This document shows positions 9,775-18,487 of a stretch of 53,028 nucleotides of DNA, in pieces. The notes under the pieces are model-generated. The model was given only the letters and a program-made list of their open reading frames with translations. It made no database searches and was not told the origin of the DNA. A program made the translations under genes and the position numbers. Numbering within the stretch: position 1 is the stretch's first letter; the number at the start of each line of letters is the position of its first letter. Origin of the DNA: Fidelibacterota bacterium (GTDB lineage: Bacteria; Fidelibacterota; Marinisomatia; Marinisomatales; UBA1611); contig JABHGY010000015.1 of the NCBI GenBank assembly GCA_018671775.1, positions 1 to 53,028 of the forward strand. The letters run 5' to 3'.

Positions 9775-10507
9775 GAACAGCTCCGTAGCGCCTCTCTCGT
9801 GTTTGATATTCTAAAATTGCTTTTGTTAAGGCTTCTTCGCGAAAAGCGGGCCAATATGTTTCTGTCATATAAAGTTCTGTATAGGCAGATTGCCAAAGCA
9901 AAAAATTACTTAAACGTAATTCTCCACTGGTTCGTATCAATAAATCTGGGTCCGGTGTTTCTTTTGTGTCCAAAAAAGAATTAAATCTATTTTCATCGAT
10001 TTGATCGATAGTCAACATCCCGCTTTGCACCTCTTTTGCTATAGATTCAACGGCTCTGAGTATTTCTTGGCGACTCCCATAATTCAAGGCTAACACAAGA
10101 TTGAGACCCGTATTGTCTTTTGTTTTATTTACACCTGCTTCAATCCCTTTTCGCGTACTGTCTGGTAATTTATTTAAATTCCCAATGGTGGTAAATCGGA
10201 CATTGTTTTTATGTAATTCTTTCACTTCTTTCTTGATAGATTTTAATAATAATTTCATCAGCGCAGAAACTTCCGTTCTGGGGCGTGTCCAATTTTCAGT
10301 AGAAAACGTATAAAGTGTTAAAACTTCAACGCCAATTTCACCGCAAAGACGTGTGATTTCTCTCACAGAATTAATACCTTCCTTATGCCCTGCTAATCTT
10401 GGCAGGGATCTCTCTTTTGCCCAACGTCCATTCCCATCCATAATGATGGCAATATGTTGAGGTATTTGTCCAGAGGACACTATTTCTTTTAAATCTTTGT
10501 CTGTCAT
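9767..10507 (-). CDS. uppS: Undecaprenyl (isoprenyl) diphosphate synthase
   Basis: HIAIIMDGNGRWA, a central cis-prenyltransferase motif (YTFSTENW) and a C-terminal cis-prenyltransferase motif (RTSGELRLSNFLLWQ). Confidence 0.95.
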   Translation of the reverse strand: MTDKDLKEIVSSGQIPQHIAIIMDGNGRWAKERSLPRLAGHKEGINSVREITRLCGEIGVEVLTLYTFSTENWTRPRTEVSALMKLLLKSIKKEVKELHKNNVRFTTIGNLNKLPDSTRKGIEAGVNKTKDNTGLNLVLALNYGSRQEILRAVESIAKEVQSGMLTIDQIDENRFNSFLDTKETPDPDLLIRTSGELRLSNFLLWQSAYTELYMTETYWPAFREEALTKAILEYQTRERRYGAVHE

Positions 10508-10513
10508 AAATAT

Positions 10514-10544
10514 GAAAAAATGCGGGCGAACTTACTGCATCCGC
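10514..10544 (-). terminator. Terminator-like hairpin plus U-run, ending about 7 nt upstream of the uppS start
   Basis: The minus-strand transcript reads GCGGATGCAGTAAGTTCGCCCGC followed by ATTTTTT. This gives a 6-bp GC-rich stem with a 2-nt bulge. It lies about 105 nt downstream of the mrp stop. Confidence 0.4.
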
Positions 10545-10649
10545 GCCTCTATCCAAAGTGCCTGAATTGATTATATTTTCTCGCTTATCTTCCTTAAAAC
10601 ATCAAATAATGGATTGAGTTCCATAAATATTGGAATTAGTCAAAGTCGT

Positions 10650-11780
10650 TTACTTTAAAGAAGATAGCAAATTCTCAACAACAGATTGAAACGCTTTCGC
10701 TGATGAAGAATTGGGTTCTTTTCTAATAATGGGTTCACCTAAATCTGTAGAAGCCATAATGTCGGGTGTCATTGGGATTTCGCCTAAAAGAGGGACATCT
10801 AACCGTTCACTTTCTTTTTTTCCACCACCGCGCTTGAAAAGGTCTAAAACAAAATCAAATTGTCCTTCTTCGTTGATGGCAACGTTTTCTCCATATAGAT
10901 CTACGCTTCCGCTAGAAATAGGACCCCCTTCTGAATCATTGATGGTGCCATTCAAAGCCAGGCCAGACATATTTTCCACAACGCCTAAAAGGGGAACATT
11001 CACTTTTGCGAACATATCTGCTCCTTTTCTCACATCGGCTAGGGCTATCTCTTGCGGTGTGGAGACGATAATCGCACCAGTCATTTGTATCTTTTGCGTG
11101 AGCGTCAATTGGACATCACCTGTTCCGGGTGGTAAATCTAAAATAAGATAATCCAATTCTCCCCAAATTACATCATTAAAAAATTGCTCTGTCATTCTTG
11201 CAACCAATGGACCGCGCCAAATGGCTGGCGTTTCGTTTCCACTAATAAAACCAAAACTCATTACTTTGAGTCCATAGCGATCTAATGGAATCAATTTTCG
11301 TTCTTGCGTTAATTCTGGCTGACCATTAAACCCAAGAATTATAGGCAACGAGGGTCCATAAATATCTAAATCTAATAAGCCAACTTTGTAGCCTTTGGCT
11401 TGGAGTCCACAGGCCAAATTGACCGCAACTGTTGATTTTCCCACGCCACCTTTTCCACTAGCCACTGCAATAATCTTATCAATTTCACCCACAGGAGAAG
11501 GAGCCTGTGCTTTAGGCTCTTCGTGTGTATGGGCGGCTTGTTGTGGTGCAAATGCTTCTATTTCTACTAAAACATTTTCAAAATCTTTGGAGAGCTTTTC
11601 TTTGACCCCCCCAACAAGCTCTTGCTTTTTTTCCTCATTATCTGAGGTAATTTTGAGTTGAATGCTAACTGTGTTCTCATCAATCTCAATATTGCCAATC
11701 ATGCCAAAGGAGACAATATCACGAGAGAATCCAGGGTAATTAATTTCTTTTAAAAGGGCTAATACTTTTTCTTTATTCAT
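10650..11780 (-). CDS. mrp: Mrp/ApbC-family Fe-S cluster carrier ATPase
   Basis: N-terminal DUF59-like domain, deviant Walker A (ASGKGGVGKST) and a ParA/MinD-like fold. Confidence 0.9.
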   Translation of the reverse strand: MNKEKVLALLKEINYPGFSRDIVSFGMIGNIEIDENTVSIQLKITSDNEEKKQELVGGVKEKLSKDFENVLVEIEAFAPQQAAHTHEEPKAQAPSPVGEIDKIIAVASGKGGVGKSTVAVNLACGLQAKGYKVGLLDLDIYGPSLPIILGFNGQPELTQERKLIPLDRYGLKVMSFGFISGNETPAIWRGPLVARMTEQFFNDVIWGELDYLILDLPPGTGDVQLTLTQKIQMTGAIIVSTPQEIALADVRKGADMFAKVNVPLLGVVENMSGLALNGTINDSEGGPISSGSVDLYGENVAINEEGQFDFVLDLFKRGGGKKESERLDVPLLGEIPMTPDIMASTDLGEPIIRKEPNSSSAKAFQSVVENLLSSLK

Positions 11781-11790
11781 AAGGCTTTCC

Positions 11791-11823
11791 GAAAAAAAAC
11801 GGCTGCAATAGAATTACAACCGT
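11791..11823 (-). terminator. Intrinsic terminator downstream of the ferredoxin gene
   Basis: The minus-strand transcript reads ACGGTTGTAAT-TCT-ATTGCAGCCGT, an 11-bp stem including G.U pairs. Eight U residues follow directly. Confidence 0.8.
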
Positions 11824-11858
11824 TTCTTTTGTTTGAAGGTTTGGTTTTTGGTTAATGT

Positions 11859-12161
11859 TTATCCAGCGTAGTCCCGACCGAACCAATCGTAATTGATTTT
11901 AATGAAACTATTCCATTCTTCTGGGACTTCACTTTCTTCAAAGATTGCCTCTACAGGACATTCGGGCTCGCAGGCGCCACAATCGATACATTCTTCTGGG
12001 TCAACGTAAAGCATTTTCCCTTCTGGGTCAAAACCGTCCGCTTTCGCTTCGGCGCCAGCACCTTCTTTATCTTCTGGGCCATGAATACAATCAACTGGAC
12101 ATACTTCAACACAGGCTGTGTCGCAAGTCCCTACGCAAGGTTCACAAATGATGTAAGCCAT
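11859..12161 (-). CDS. Ferredoxin (dicluster, 7Fe-type cysteine spacing)
   Basis: MAYIICEPCVGTCDTACVEVCPVDCIHG ... CIDCGACEPECPVEAIF. I start the gene at the internal ATG at 12161. The upstream 68 codons of the listed 168-aa ORF have no ferredoxin-like sequence and run into the divergent MFS gene. Confidence 0.85.
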   Translation of the reverse strand: MAYIICEPCVGTCDTACVEVCPVDCIHGPEDKEGAGAEAKADGFDPEGKMLYVDPEECIDCGACEPECPVEAIFEESEVPEEWNSFIKINYDWFGRDYAG

Positions 12162-12292
12162 TTTTACTCCTAATGAATGATTAAAAAATTCCACGACCTT
12201 TTCGGTAATTCCGATAAAATCGAATGGCAATTTAAAGTTATTTTTCAAAAGGGAAAATGAATTTTGAGTAATAATTTTCCATACATAATTTG

Positions 12293-13489
12293 ATGAGCAA
12301 TAAGATAAACAGAAATATGAGCGCACTTTGGATGGCTCAAACCATTTCGCAAGCTGGTGATGCAATTTATCAGTTTGCTCTTATGTGGCTAGTTTTGGAC
12401 ATGACAAATTCGCCTGCTATAACAGGGCTTATCGCCATGAGCGCCTATTTACCTGCATTAGTTTTGGGGCTTTTTGCTGGCGTTCTTTCTGATCGAATGA
12501 ATCGCTTTCGACTGATGGTGGGTGCTCACGTTTGCCAAAGTATGACCGTCATCGCCATTCCTGTTTTAATTCATTATGATATGGCGACTGGCTTGATCAT
12601 CGGCATCGTGGCGTTTATTAGAAGTGGATTTTCTACCATTTTTCAGCCCGCATTCAATGCCTTTGTTCCCACGCTTTTTCCTTCAAAACAATTACTGCGG
12701 GTCAATGCCATATTAATCACCTCAGGACAAATTGCATATATTCTTGGGCCCGCCTTGGCAGGAATTTTATTAGCCGTAATTTCTCTTCCCCAATTATTTT
12801 TAATTGATGGTCTTTCTTTTTTAATTGCCCTTGGATTTCTTACGCTCGTTGTTAAGCCAAACTATAACCCTCCTCTAATAATTCACAGTCATTGGAAAGA
12901 ACTTTTGGATGGATTTAAATATTTAAAAACCAATAAAGCCCTATTAACGCTAATGGTTATTACTATTATCAATAATCTATTTATCATGGGGCCGGCGATT
13001 GTGGGCGTGCCAGTTTTGGTGCGAAACGCCTTACAGGGAAATGTTTCAGATTTTGCCTTTGTGGAAGCCTGTATGGCTGGTGGTTCTCTCATCGGATCCT
13101 ACATTGTAATGCGGCTGAATCAAAAACTATCCAGTGGACTGATTTGGGGAATTGGCATGCTCTTAGACGGCATTACGTATGCTGTCTTTTTCTTTGCGGA
13201 ATCTGTCCCTATGGTGATGGTAATGATCTTTATTCACGGGATAGGAATTCCTTTTATTATCGTAAGTCGCACTGTTATCATACAGCGAATTGCACCGAAT
13301 CATTTTCATGGGCGACTATTTTCTATGGTCCATTTAGGCGTGGTGGGCATGACCGCCATTTCTTCTGCGCTCGTTGGTTTTAGTGCCAGTATATTCCCTA
13401 TTCAATCTATCTTTTTGTTTATTGGATTTGGCGCAACGCTCTGTGGCGTGTTGGCGATTTCACTGAAAAAAATTAGAGCATTGAATTAG
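12293..13489 (+). CDS. MFS transporter (about 12 TM)
   Basis: Hydrophobic 12-TM pattern and an N-terminus typical of MFS_3/EntS-like transporters (WMAQTISQAGDAIYQFALMWLV, SDRMNR loop). I use the ATG at 12293, one codon inside the listed TTG. Confidence 0.8.
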   Translation: MSNKINRNMSALWMAQTISQAGDAIYQFALMWLVLDMTNSPAITGLIAMSAYLPALVLGLFAGVLSDRMNRFRLMVGAHVCQSMTVIAIPVLIHYDMATGLIIGIVAFIRSGFSTIFQPAFNAFVPTLFPSKQLLRVNAILITSGQIAYILGPALAGILLAVISLPQLFLIDGLSFLIALGFLTLVVKPNYNPPLIIHSHWKELLDGFKYLKTNKALLTLMVITIINNLFIMGPAIVGVPVLVRNALQGNVSDFAFVEACMAGGSLIGSYIVMRLNQKLSSGLIWGIGMLLDGITYAVFFFAESVPMVMVMIFIHGIGIPFIIVSRTVIIQRIAPNHFHGRLFSMVHLGVVGMTAISSALVGFSASIFPIQSIFLFIGFGATLCGVLAISLKKIRALN

Positions 13490-13579
13490 TGTTCAGGTGC
13501 ACCATTCAAATCCTTATTAAATTCTTTACGACTTTGTGGCAAAACTTTTGCAACTAAACAATTGGAACTTGATTAAAAA

Positions 13580-15019
13580 ATGAACGAGAAAAAAATAAGC
13601 TATTTGGTCTTAGACCAAGGAACATCGGGGACAAAAGCCTTTTTATTTGATGAAAACGGAAAGGTTTTATTTTCTCAAAAAGTAAAACACAGTCTCCAAA
13701 AACCAGCGCCTCATTGTATAGAAAGTGACCCCTTGCTTATTTTAAATGCTTGTAAGTCGCTCATCCGAGAAATGGCACTTTATGCGAAAGAAAAAAAATA
13801 TCTTATTGAATCTGCCGGACTCACAGCGCAACGTTCTACGTTTATGTTTTGGGAAAAAGACTCAGGGAAAATCCGAAGTCAGGCCATCAGCTGGCAAGAT
13901 AGTCGCTCAAAAAAAGAAGCGGACGAAAAACAGGAAATGGCAGAGTTCATTTGGGAAAAAACAGGCACGCCATTGAGCGCTCATTTTGGTGGCCCAAAAT
14001 ATCTTCATTTCACGCGAAAAGATGCTGATTTAAAATCGGGGACAGAAAAAGGAAATATTCTCTTCGGCCCGATTTCCGCCTACATTGCTCATCAGCTCAC
14101 GGGGAACCCTTACGTGGACGAATCCATTGCCTGCCGTTCTTTATTTTTTGATCTTGAAAAATCTCATTGGGATGATGATTTATTGGATATTTTTGATATG
14201 CCTAAATCGGGTTTGCCCGAATTGCGACCCACAATGTCAGATTATGGAAATATAGAAATTGACGATCAATCTTTTCCACTTAAAACAGTTATCGGCGATC
14301 AGCAAGCTGCACTTATTGGACAAACGGGATTAAACCCAGGCGCTTTGGCTATGAATTTTGGCACATCCGGTTCGGTTCAATTTAATGGTGGAGAAAAACC
14401 TGGAGGAACAACAGGATTAATTTCAAGTGTTTTGGCTTCGGATAAAAACTTTAGACATTTTCTTTTCGAGGGAACCATTAATGCGTGCAATTCTCTTTTT
14501 TACCATTTGGAGGATATTTTAGACATTCCTCACGCAGAAATGAAATGGGATCAGCGATGTGAAAATCAAGAGACGGATGGGATTTATATTCCCGGCTTTG
14601 CGGGACTAGCGTCTCCTTATTGGGTCAGTGGTATTTCTGATATTATGGAAAATATCAAGGAAGATTCTCCCAATGATTTGGTACGGGCTGGCATGGAATC
14701 AATCGGATTTTTAACAGCCGATATTTATGATATTATTTCAAAGAAAGTAAAGATAAGTCCAAAACGCATTCCAGCTAGTGGCGGAGGCGCCCGCCCTGTT
14801 TTGTTGCAATTTTTGGCTGATTTACTTCAAGTTCCCCTGGGGCACACGACCATGAAAGACAGAACCGCTTATGGCGTTTATAAACTTTTAAGTGGACAAG
14901 CATTCCAAGAGGAAATAGTTGAATGTGACCAAATATTTACCCCGCAAATGGATGAAAGTGAAAAAAAATCAAAATTAGCCCAATGGACTTCTGCTTTAAA
15001 AAAGGCAGAAATACTTTAG
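13580..15019 (+). CDS. FGGY-family carbohydrate kinase, glycerol-kinase-like
   Basis: N-terminal LDQGTSGTKAFLFD phosphate-1 motif, the GDQQAALIGQ motif shared with GlpK, and a C-terminal GGGAR motif. At 479 aa it is slightly short for canonical GlpK. Confidence 0.8.
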   Translation: MNEKKISYLVLDQGTSGTKAFLFDENGKVLFSQKVKHSLQKPAPHCIESDPLLILNACKSLIREMALYAKEKKYLIESAGLTAQRSTFMFWEKDSGKIRSQAISWQDSRSKKEADEKQEMAEFIWEKTGTPLSAHFGGPKYLHFTRKDADLKSGTEKGNILFGPISAYIAHQLTGNPYVDESIACRSLFFDLEKSHWDDDLLDIFDMPKSGLPELRPTMSDYGNIEIDDQSFPLKTVIGDQQAALIGQTGLNPGALAMNFGTSGSVQFNGGEKPGGTTGLISSVLASDKNFRHFLFEGTINACNSLFYHLEDILDIPHAEMKWDQRCENQETDGIYIPGFAGLASPYWVSGISDIMENIKEDSPNDLVRAGMESIGFLTADIYDIISKKVKISPKRIPASGGGARPVLLQFLADLLQVPLGHTTMKDRTAYGVYKLLSGQAFQEEIVECDQIFTPQMDESEKKSKLAQWTSALKKAEIL

Positions 15020-15083
15020 GCATAATGACATTAATCTGCATTTGTTTTGAAAATATTATTTTATGAATCTAGCGGATTTTTAA

Positions 15084-15241
15084 GCTCACTCCACCGGACG
15101 GCTAACCCGCCCAAGGCGGACAAGACTTGGTGCGTGATTTTGAGATTTGGAGAAAAAATGAAGATTTGCGCAACCCGCCTACGCCAAGGCTACGGCGGGC
15201 AGGCAACAATTAGTGGAATGAAATCGCCGTCCGCTGGTGAG
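15084..15241. other. GC-rich nested-hairpin element (candidate structured RNA or REP/MITE-like repeat)
   Basis: A closing helix pairs CGGACGGC (15095-15102) with GCCGTCCG (15226-15233). It is extended by CTCAC (15085-15089) with GTGAG (15237-15241). Inner hairpins are CCGCC-CAA-GGCGG (15107-15119) and CCCGCC (15174-15179) with GGCGGG (15194-15199). The word AACCCGCC is repeated at 15104 and 15172, and CCAAGGC at 15111 and 15184. The element sits in the spacer between two convergent genes. Confidence 0.5.
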
Positions 15242-15250
15242 TTTCGCCCA

Positions 15251-16381
15251 TTAAAATAATTCCCCTAAAACATCAATCAATCGATCTGCATCTTTTTTAT
15301 CATTGTAGGCATTAAAGGATGTGCGAAATAAAATTTTATCTTCCCAAGGAAAAACTGGCATTTCTAACTTAAACTCATCCATGAGTCGCCATTTAAAATC
15401 GAGACCATTTTCAATATTGATTACAATGCTTGCCATTTGTCCGAGCCATTCTGTTGTATTGGGACAAATCGGTTCTGTATCAATAATTTCATAAATACGA
15501 TTTCGCGTTTCTCGGTTTAATGTTCGACACCTTTCTCGCACCGCATCCCAGTTATGCTCTTTTTGAAATTCAATCGCATCTGGCACTGTTAAAAAGGCAC
15601 TCGGATCCCATGTGCCTTGATATTGGTTTTCATAAATAAATGCAGTAGGTGACGGATCAATGATGGAGCCCCAACTGATAATTAAGGGTTTCATTTTGTC
15701 TTGGTGAGATTTTTTCACATACAAAAAAGATGTCCCTTTTGGAGCCGAAAGCCATTTGTGACACGCACCCACATAAATATCTGGATCCATTTCAGAAATA
15801 TTTAATGGAATATGGGCAGGAACGTGGGCTCCATCAATAATCGTCATAATACCCGCTTCCTTTGCTTTTTTACAGATTGCCCCTGCAGGTAAAATTAATC
15901 CTGTAGAGCTGGTGATTTCACTCAAGTAAATAACTTTGGTCTTTTTGGTAACTCCTTCCCAAAAATGCTCTACATAATCATTGTGCGTTGTAAGTGGAGT
16001 TGGTGTAGATTGTTTGACAATGGCGTATTCATTTTCTTTTCCATAATGTTCCCACGTGCGCACTAATGATCCATATTCCATATCTGTCATGAGCACTTCA
16101 TCCTCTGGACCCAAATCCAAACTACGAATCACCGTATTCACCGCCGTTGTTGGATTGGTCACATAATAGAGATCATCGCCTGAACAGCCCACAAATTCGC
16201 CCAAGGCATGGCGCGCTACTTCCAAATAATCATACACTTTTCGTGCCATGAATTCGACGGGTTGTTGCTCCAATTTTATTTGCCATTTTTGGTAAGCTTC
16301 AAATACCGGTTTAGGACAAGCACCGAAAGAACCATGATTCAAAAATGTGATAGACGGATCTAAGTGATAAAGCTTCTTCAT
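15251..16381 (-). CDS. Class V aminotransferase-fold PLP enzyme (isopenicillin-N-epimerase / cysteine-desulfurase-like)
   Basis: LNHGSFG N-terminus, a DGAH motif, and ACHKWLSAPKG carrying the presumed PLP lysine. 376 aa. Confidence 0.85.
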   Translation of the reverse strand: MKKLYHLDPSITFLNHGSFGACPKPVFEAYQKWQIKLEQQPVEFMARKVYDYLEVARHALGEFVGCSGDDLYYVTNPTTAVNTVIRSLDLGPEDEVLMTDMEYGSLVRTWEHYGKENEYAIVKQSTPTPLTTHNDYVEHFWEGVTKKTKVIYLSEITSSTGLILPAGAICKKAKEAGIMTIIDGAHVPAHIPLNISEMDPDIYVGACHKWLSAPKGTSFLYVKKSHQDKMKPLIISWGSIIDPSPTAFIYENQYQGTWDPSAFLTVPDAIEFQKEHNWDAVRERCRTLNRETRNRIYEIIDTEPICPNTTEWLGQMASIVINIENGLDFKWRLMDEFKLEMPVFPWEDKILFRTSFNAYNDKKDADRLIDVLGELF

Positions 16382-16384
16382 CGT

Positions 16385-17725
16385 CTATTTTGCCAAAGCA
16401 CCCATAGGATCCCAAGGCTTCAGAGAAACGGGCTCACGCTGATAAATCGCCAACTCTTCTTTTGTGATGAAATCTTGATGCACCACCACCTCAAAGGTAA
16501 ACTCATTAAACCAGGCATCGGTCATAATATCATAGCCTTTGTCTCCAAATTTATCGCCCCAAGAATTTTCCACTCGCCATTTTTTTGACTGATCCTTTTT
16601 GCCCAAATCTACTCCAGTGAATAACATGGCATGGGTCATTTGACTGTCCCCATATTCCAAGCGATCTGCTTTAGACATGGGGAAATCTGTGCCATAAAAT
16701 AATTCGAAATCGAACAGATCTATATCCATCACACCCAAATCGCGACTAAAATATTTCCCTACATCACAGCCAAACCAAACAGGATTATCTTTTTTCAAAG
16801 AGGCAATCGCTGCTTCTTTTAAACGCTTTACAGGGAGATTTAGATATCGAATTATTTCTCCTTCAATTACATTTCCAAGATAATCAACCGTGTAAGTTTC
16901 TTGGTATTTTTTGTCCGACATTGGGCAGTCAATAAGACAAACATATTCCTTTAGATTGAGTCCAACATGATCTTTGAAAAAGCTTTGTGCTGTCAGATTT
17001 TCGAAACGATGAAACTTTTTCTTTTTATCCCGAATTTGCCAGTCAAAGGTTTCTGGTGGCGTGCCTAAACTGATGGTAAGCATTTGATAAACCACAGCCA
17101 TCATTTCTTCTTTCATGGATCTTAAGGATTTCAAATCTTTCCCGTTTTTATGTGCTTTTCTAAGATCCAATGCAAAACCGCGAAGCTTTCGTGTTATCAT
17201 ACGGTTCATGCGCATAGATTGAGAACTTTGGTACGTTTCGGGCATTTCTGCTTTTGGCACAACACCATATTTTTCGATGAGATTAACAAACATGTGCCAC
17301 TGTCCCCCATCTTGAATTGGATCAGACACCAAATGCATAATCAAACGACCGTCTCGGGGCTCGTCTGCTGAACGGATAATATTCTCTAAAAAATAATTGG
17401 ATTTCTCCATTTTATCCCAAAACATGAAATAATTTTGACTGAATTCAAATCCTTTCAGATTGTATTTTCTACCCAAGTAAATCCGAAACAGATTTAAGCC
17501 AGCAAAGCCCCAACAACGACCACTCGCCTTTTGATTTGTTACGCCCATTTCGCCTGCAACCACATGAGAAAAAGTGTGATCAATTTTTCTAAACGCATCC
17601 CAATCCATGCTAATATCGGTGAATTCCGTTTTGATAGAAGCATTTCGCGCTAATTTGACTTGAGGATTATCTAAAGTATTTTTTCGATATTGCTTTAGCG
17701 TTCCTTTTAATATTTTTTGGCCCAT
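16385..17725 (-). CDS. pepC: Aminopeptidase C / bleomycin hydrolase (peptidase C1B)
   Basis: NQKASGRCWGFAGLN catalytic-Cys motif, C-terminal HAMLFTGV and ENSWG motifs, 446 aa. Confidence 0.88.
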   Translation of the reverse strand: MGQKILKGTLKQYRKNTLDNPQVKLARNASIKTEFTDISMDWDAFRKIDHTFSHVVAGEMGVTNQKASGRCWGFAGLNLFRIYLGRKYNLKGFEFSQNYFMFWDKMEKSNYFLENIIRSADEPRDGRLIMHLVSDPIQDGGQWHMFVNLIEKYGVVPKAEMPETYQSSQSMRMNRMITRKLRGFALDLRKAHKNGKDLKSLRSMKEEMMAVVYQMLTISLGTPPETFDWQIRDKKKKFHRFENLTAQSFFKDHVGLNLKEYVCLIDCPMSDKKYQETYTVDYLGNVIEGEIIRYLNLPVKRLKEAAIASLKKDNPVWFGCDVGKYFSRDLGVMDIDLFDFELFYGTDFPMSKADRLEYGDSQMTHAMLFTGVDLGKKDQSKKWRVENSWGDKFGDKGYDIMTDAWFNEFTFEVVVHQDFITKEELAIYQREPVSLKPWDPMGALAK

Positions 17726-17764
17726 GTGTTTTTCCTTATTATTGATTTGATTTCGTTTGTCAGC

Positions 17765-18487
17765 TTAAGCTGGATTTGTGATTAAGGTTTTGATTCTATT
17801 GCGAACCAAGTTTTGCAGTGCTTCTAAAGTAAGGTTCTCATACTCCGTTCCATAAATGGGCTCGCCATAATGAAGCGTAATAATGCCTGGTTTTAAGCGC
17901 CAATCCGATTTTTTCTTAGCATCATATACGCCCGTTAATCCAACAGGAATTATGGTCACGCCTGTATTTTTACTAATGTGAAAAGGTCCTTTTTTGAAGG
18001 GGCCCATTTCGCGTGATAAGGTGCGGGTACCTTCTGGGGAAATCAAAAAAGAAATACCATTTCGAATCGCATCTTCCGCTAAGTTGAGACTATGAATCGC
18101 TTTCCCTAATTCTTTACGAACGATTGGAATCATACCATATTTTTTCACAATCGCCCCATATAATGGATATTTCAATTGCTCATATGCGCCCACGCCCGTT
18201 ACATAATGGCGACAACTTGCTCCCAACATAAAATGATCAAACATGGATTCATGATTAATCATATACAAATATGGTTCTCCTGATGGCGCAGGTGCGGTGC
18301 CTTTTGTCCGTATAAATTGTCCCGCAGAAAGCAGAAGTGCTTTGCACATAGGTCTTAAATAATAATGTAAATATTTTTTGGGAAGCACGATTATAAGCAG
18401 ATAAAAAATGCTCCCTGTCGTCAAAAAAACCAGAAAAAATAGTGGCCACAAAATAAGGGAAATAAGTGTTTTAAATAGTCCAGCCAT
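17765..18487 (-). CDS. plsC: 1-acyl-sn-glycerol-3-phosphate acyltransferase
   Basis: NHESMFD (HX4D) and PEGTR motifs with an N-terminal TM anchor. The start overlaps the mutY stop by 17 nt. Confidence 0.85.
   Translation of the reverse strand: MAGLFKTLISLILWPLFFLVFLTTGSIFYLLIIVLPKKYLHYYLRPMCKALLLSAGQFIRTKGTAPAPSGEPYLYMINHESMFDHFMLGASCRHYVTGVGAYEQLKYPLYGAIVKKYGMIPIVRKELGKAIHSLNLAEDAIRNGISFLISPEGTRTLSREMGPFKKGPFHISKNTGVTIIPVGLTGVYDAKKKSDWRLKPGIITLHYGEPIYGTEYENLTLEALQNLVRNRIKTLITNPA

Noticed and set aside
11859-12365. The 168-aa version of the ferredoxin ORF.
   Set aside because: The ferredoxin fold begins at the internal Met (MAYIICEPC...). The upstream 68 codons are Ser/Phe/Lys-rich filler that overlaps the divergent MFS gene start and probably contains both promoters.
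15047-15259. A 70-aa ORF (MKILFYESSGFLSSLHRTANPPKADKTW...RQGYGGQA...) in the convergent spacer.
   Set aside because: It spans exactly the GC-rich palindromic element. Its sequence is what results from translating nested inverted repeats, and its 3' end runs into the aminotransferase gene. I treat it as an artefact of the element reported in the findings.
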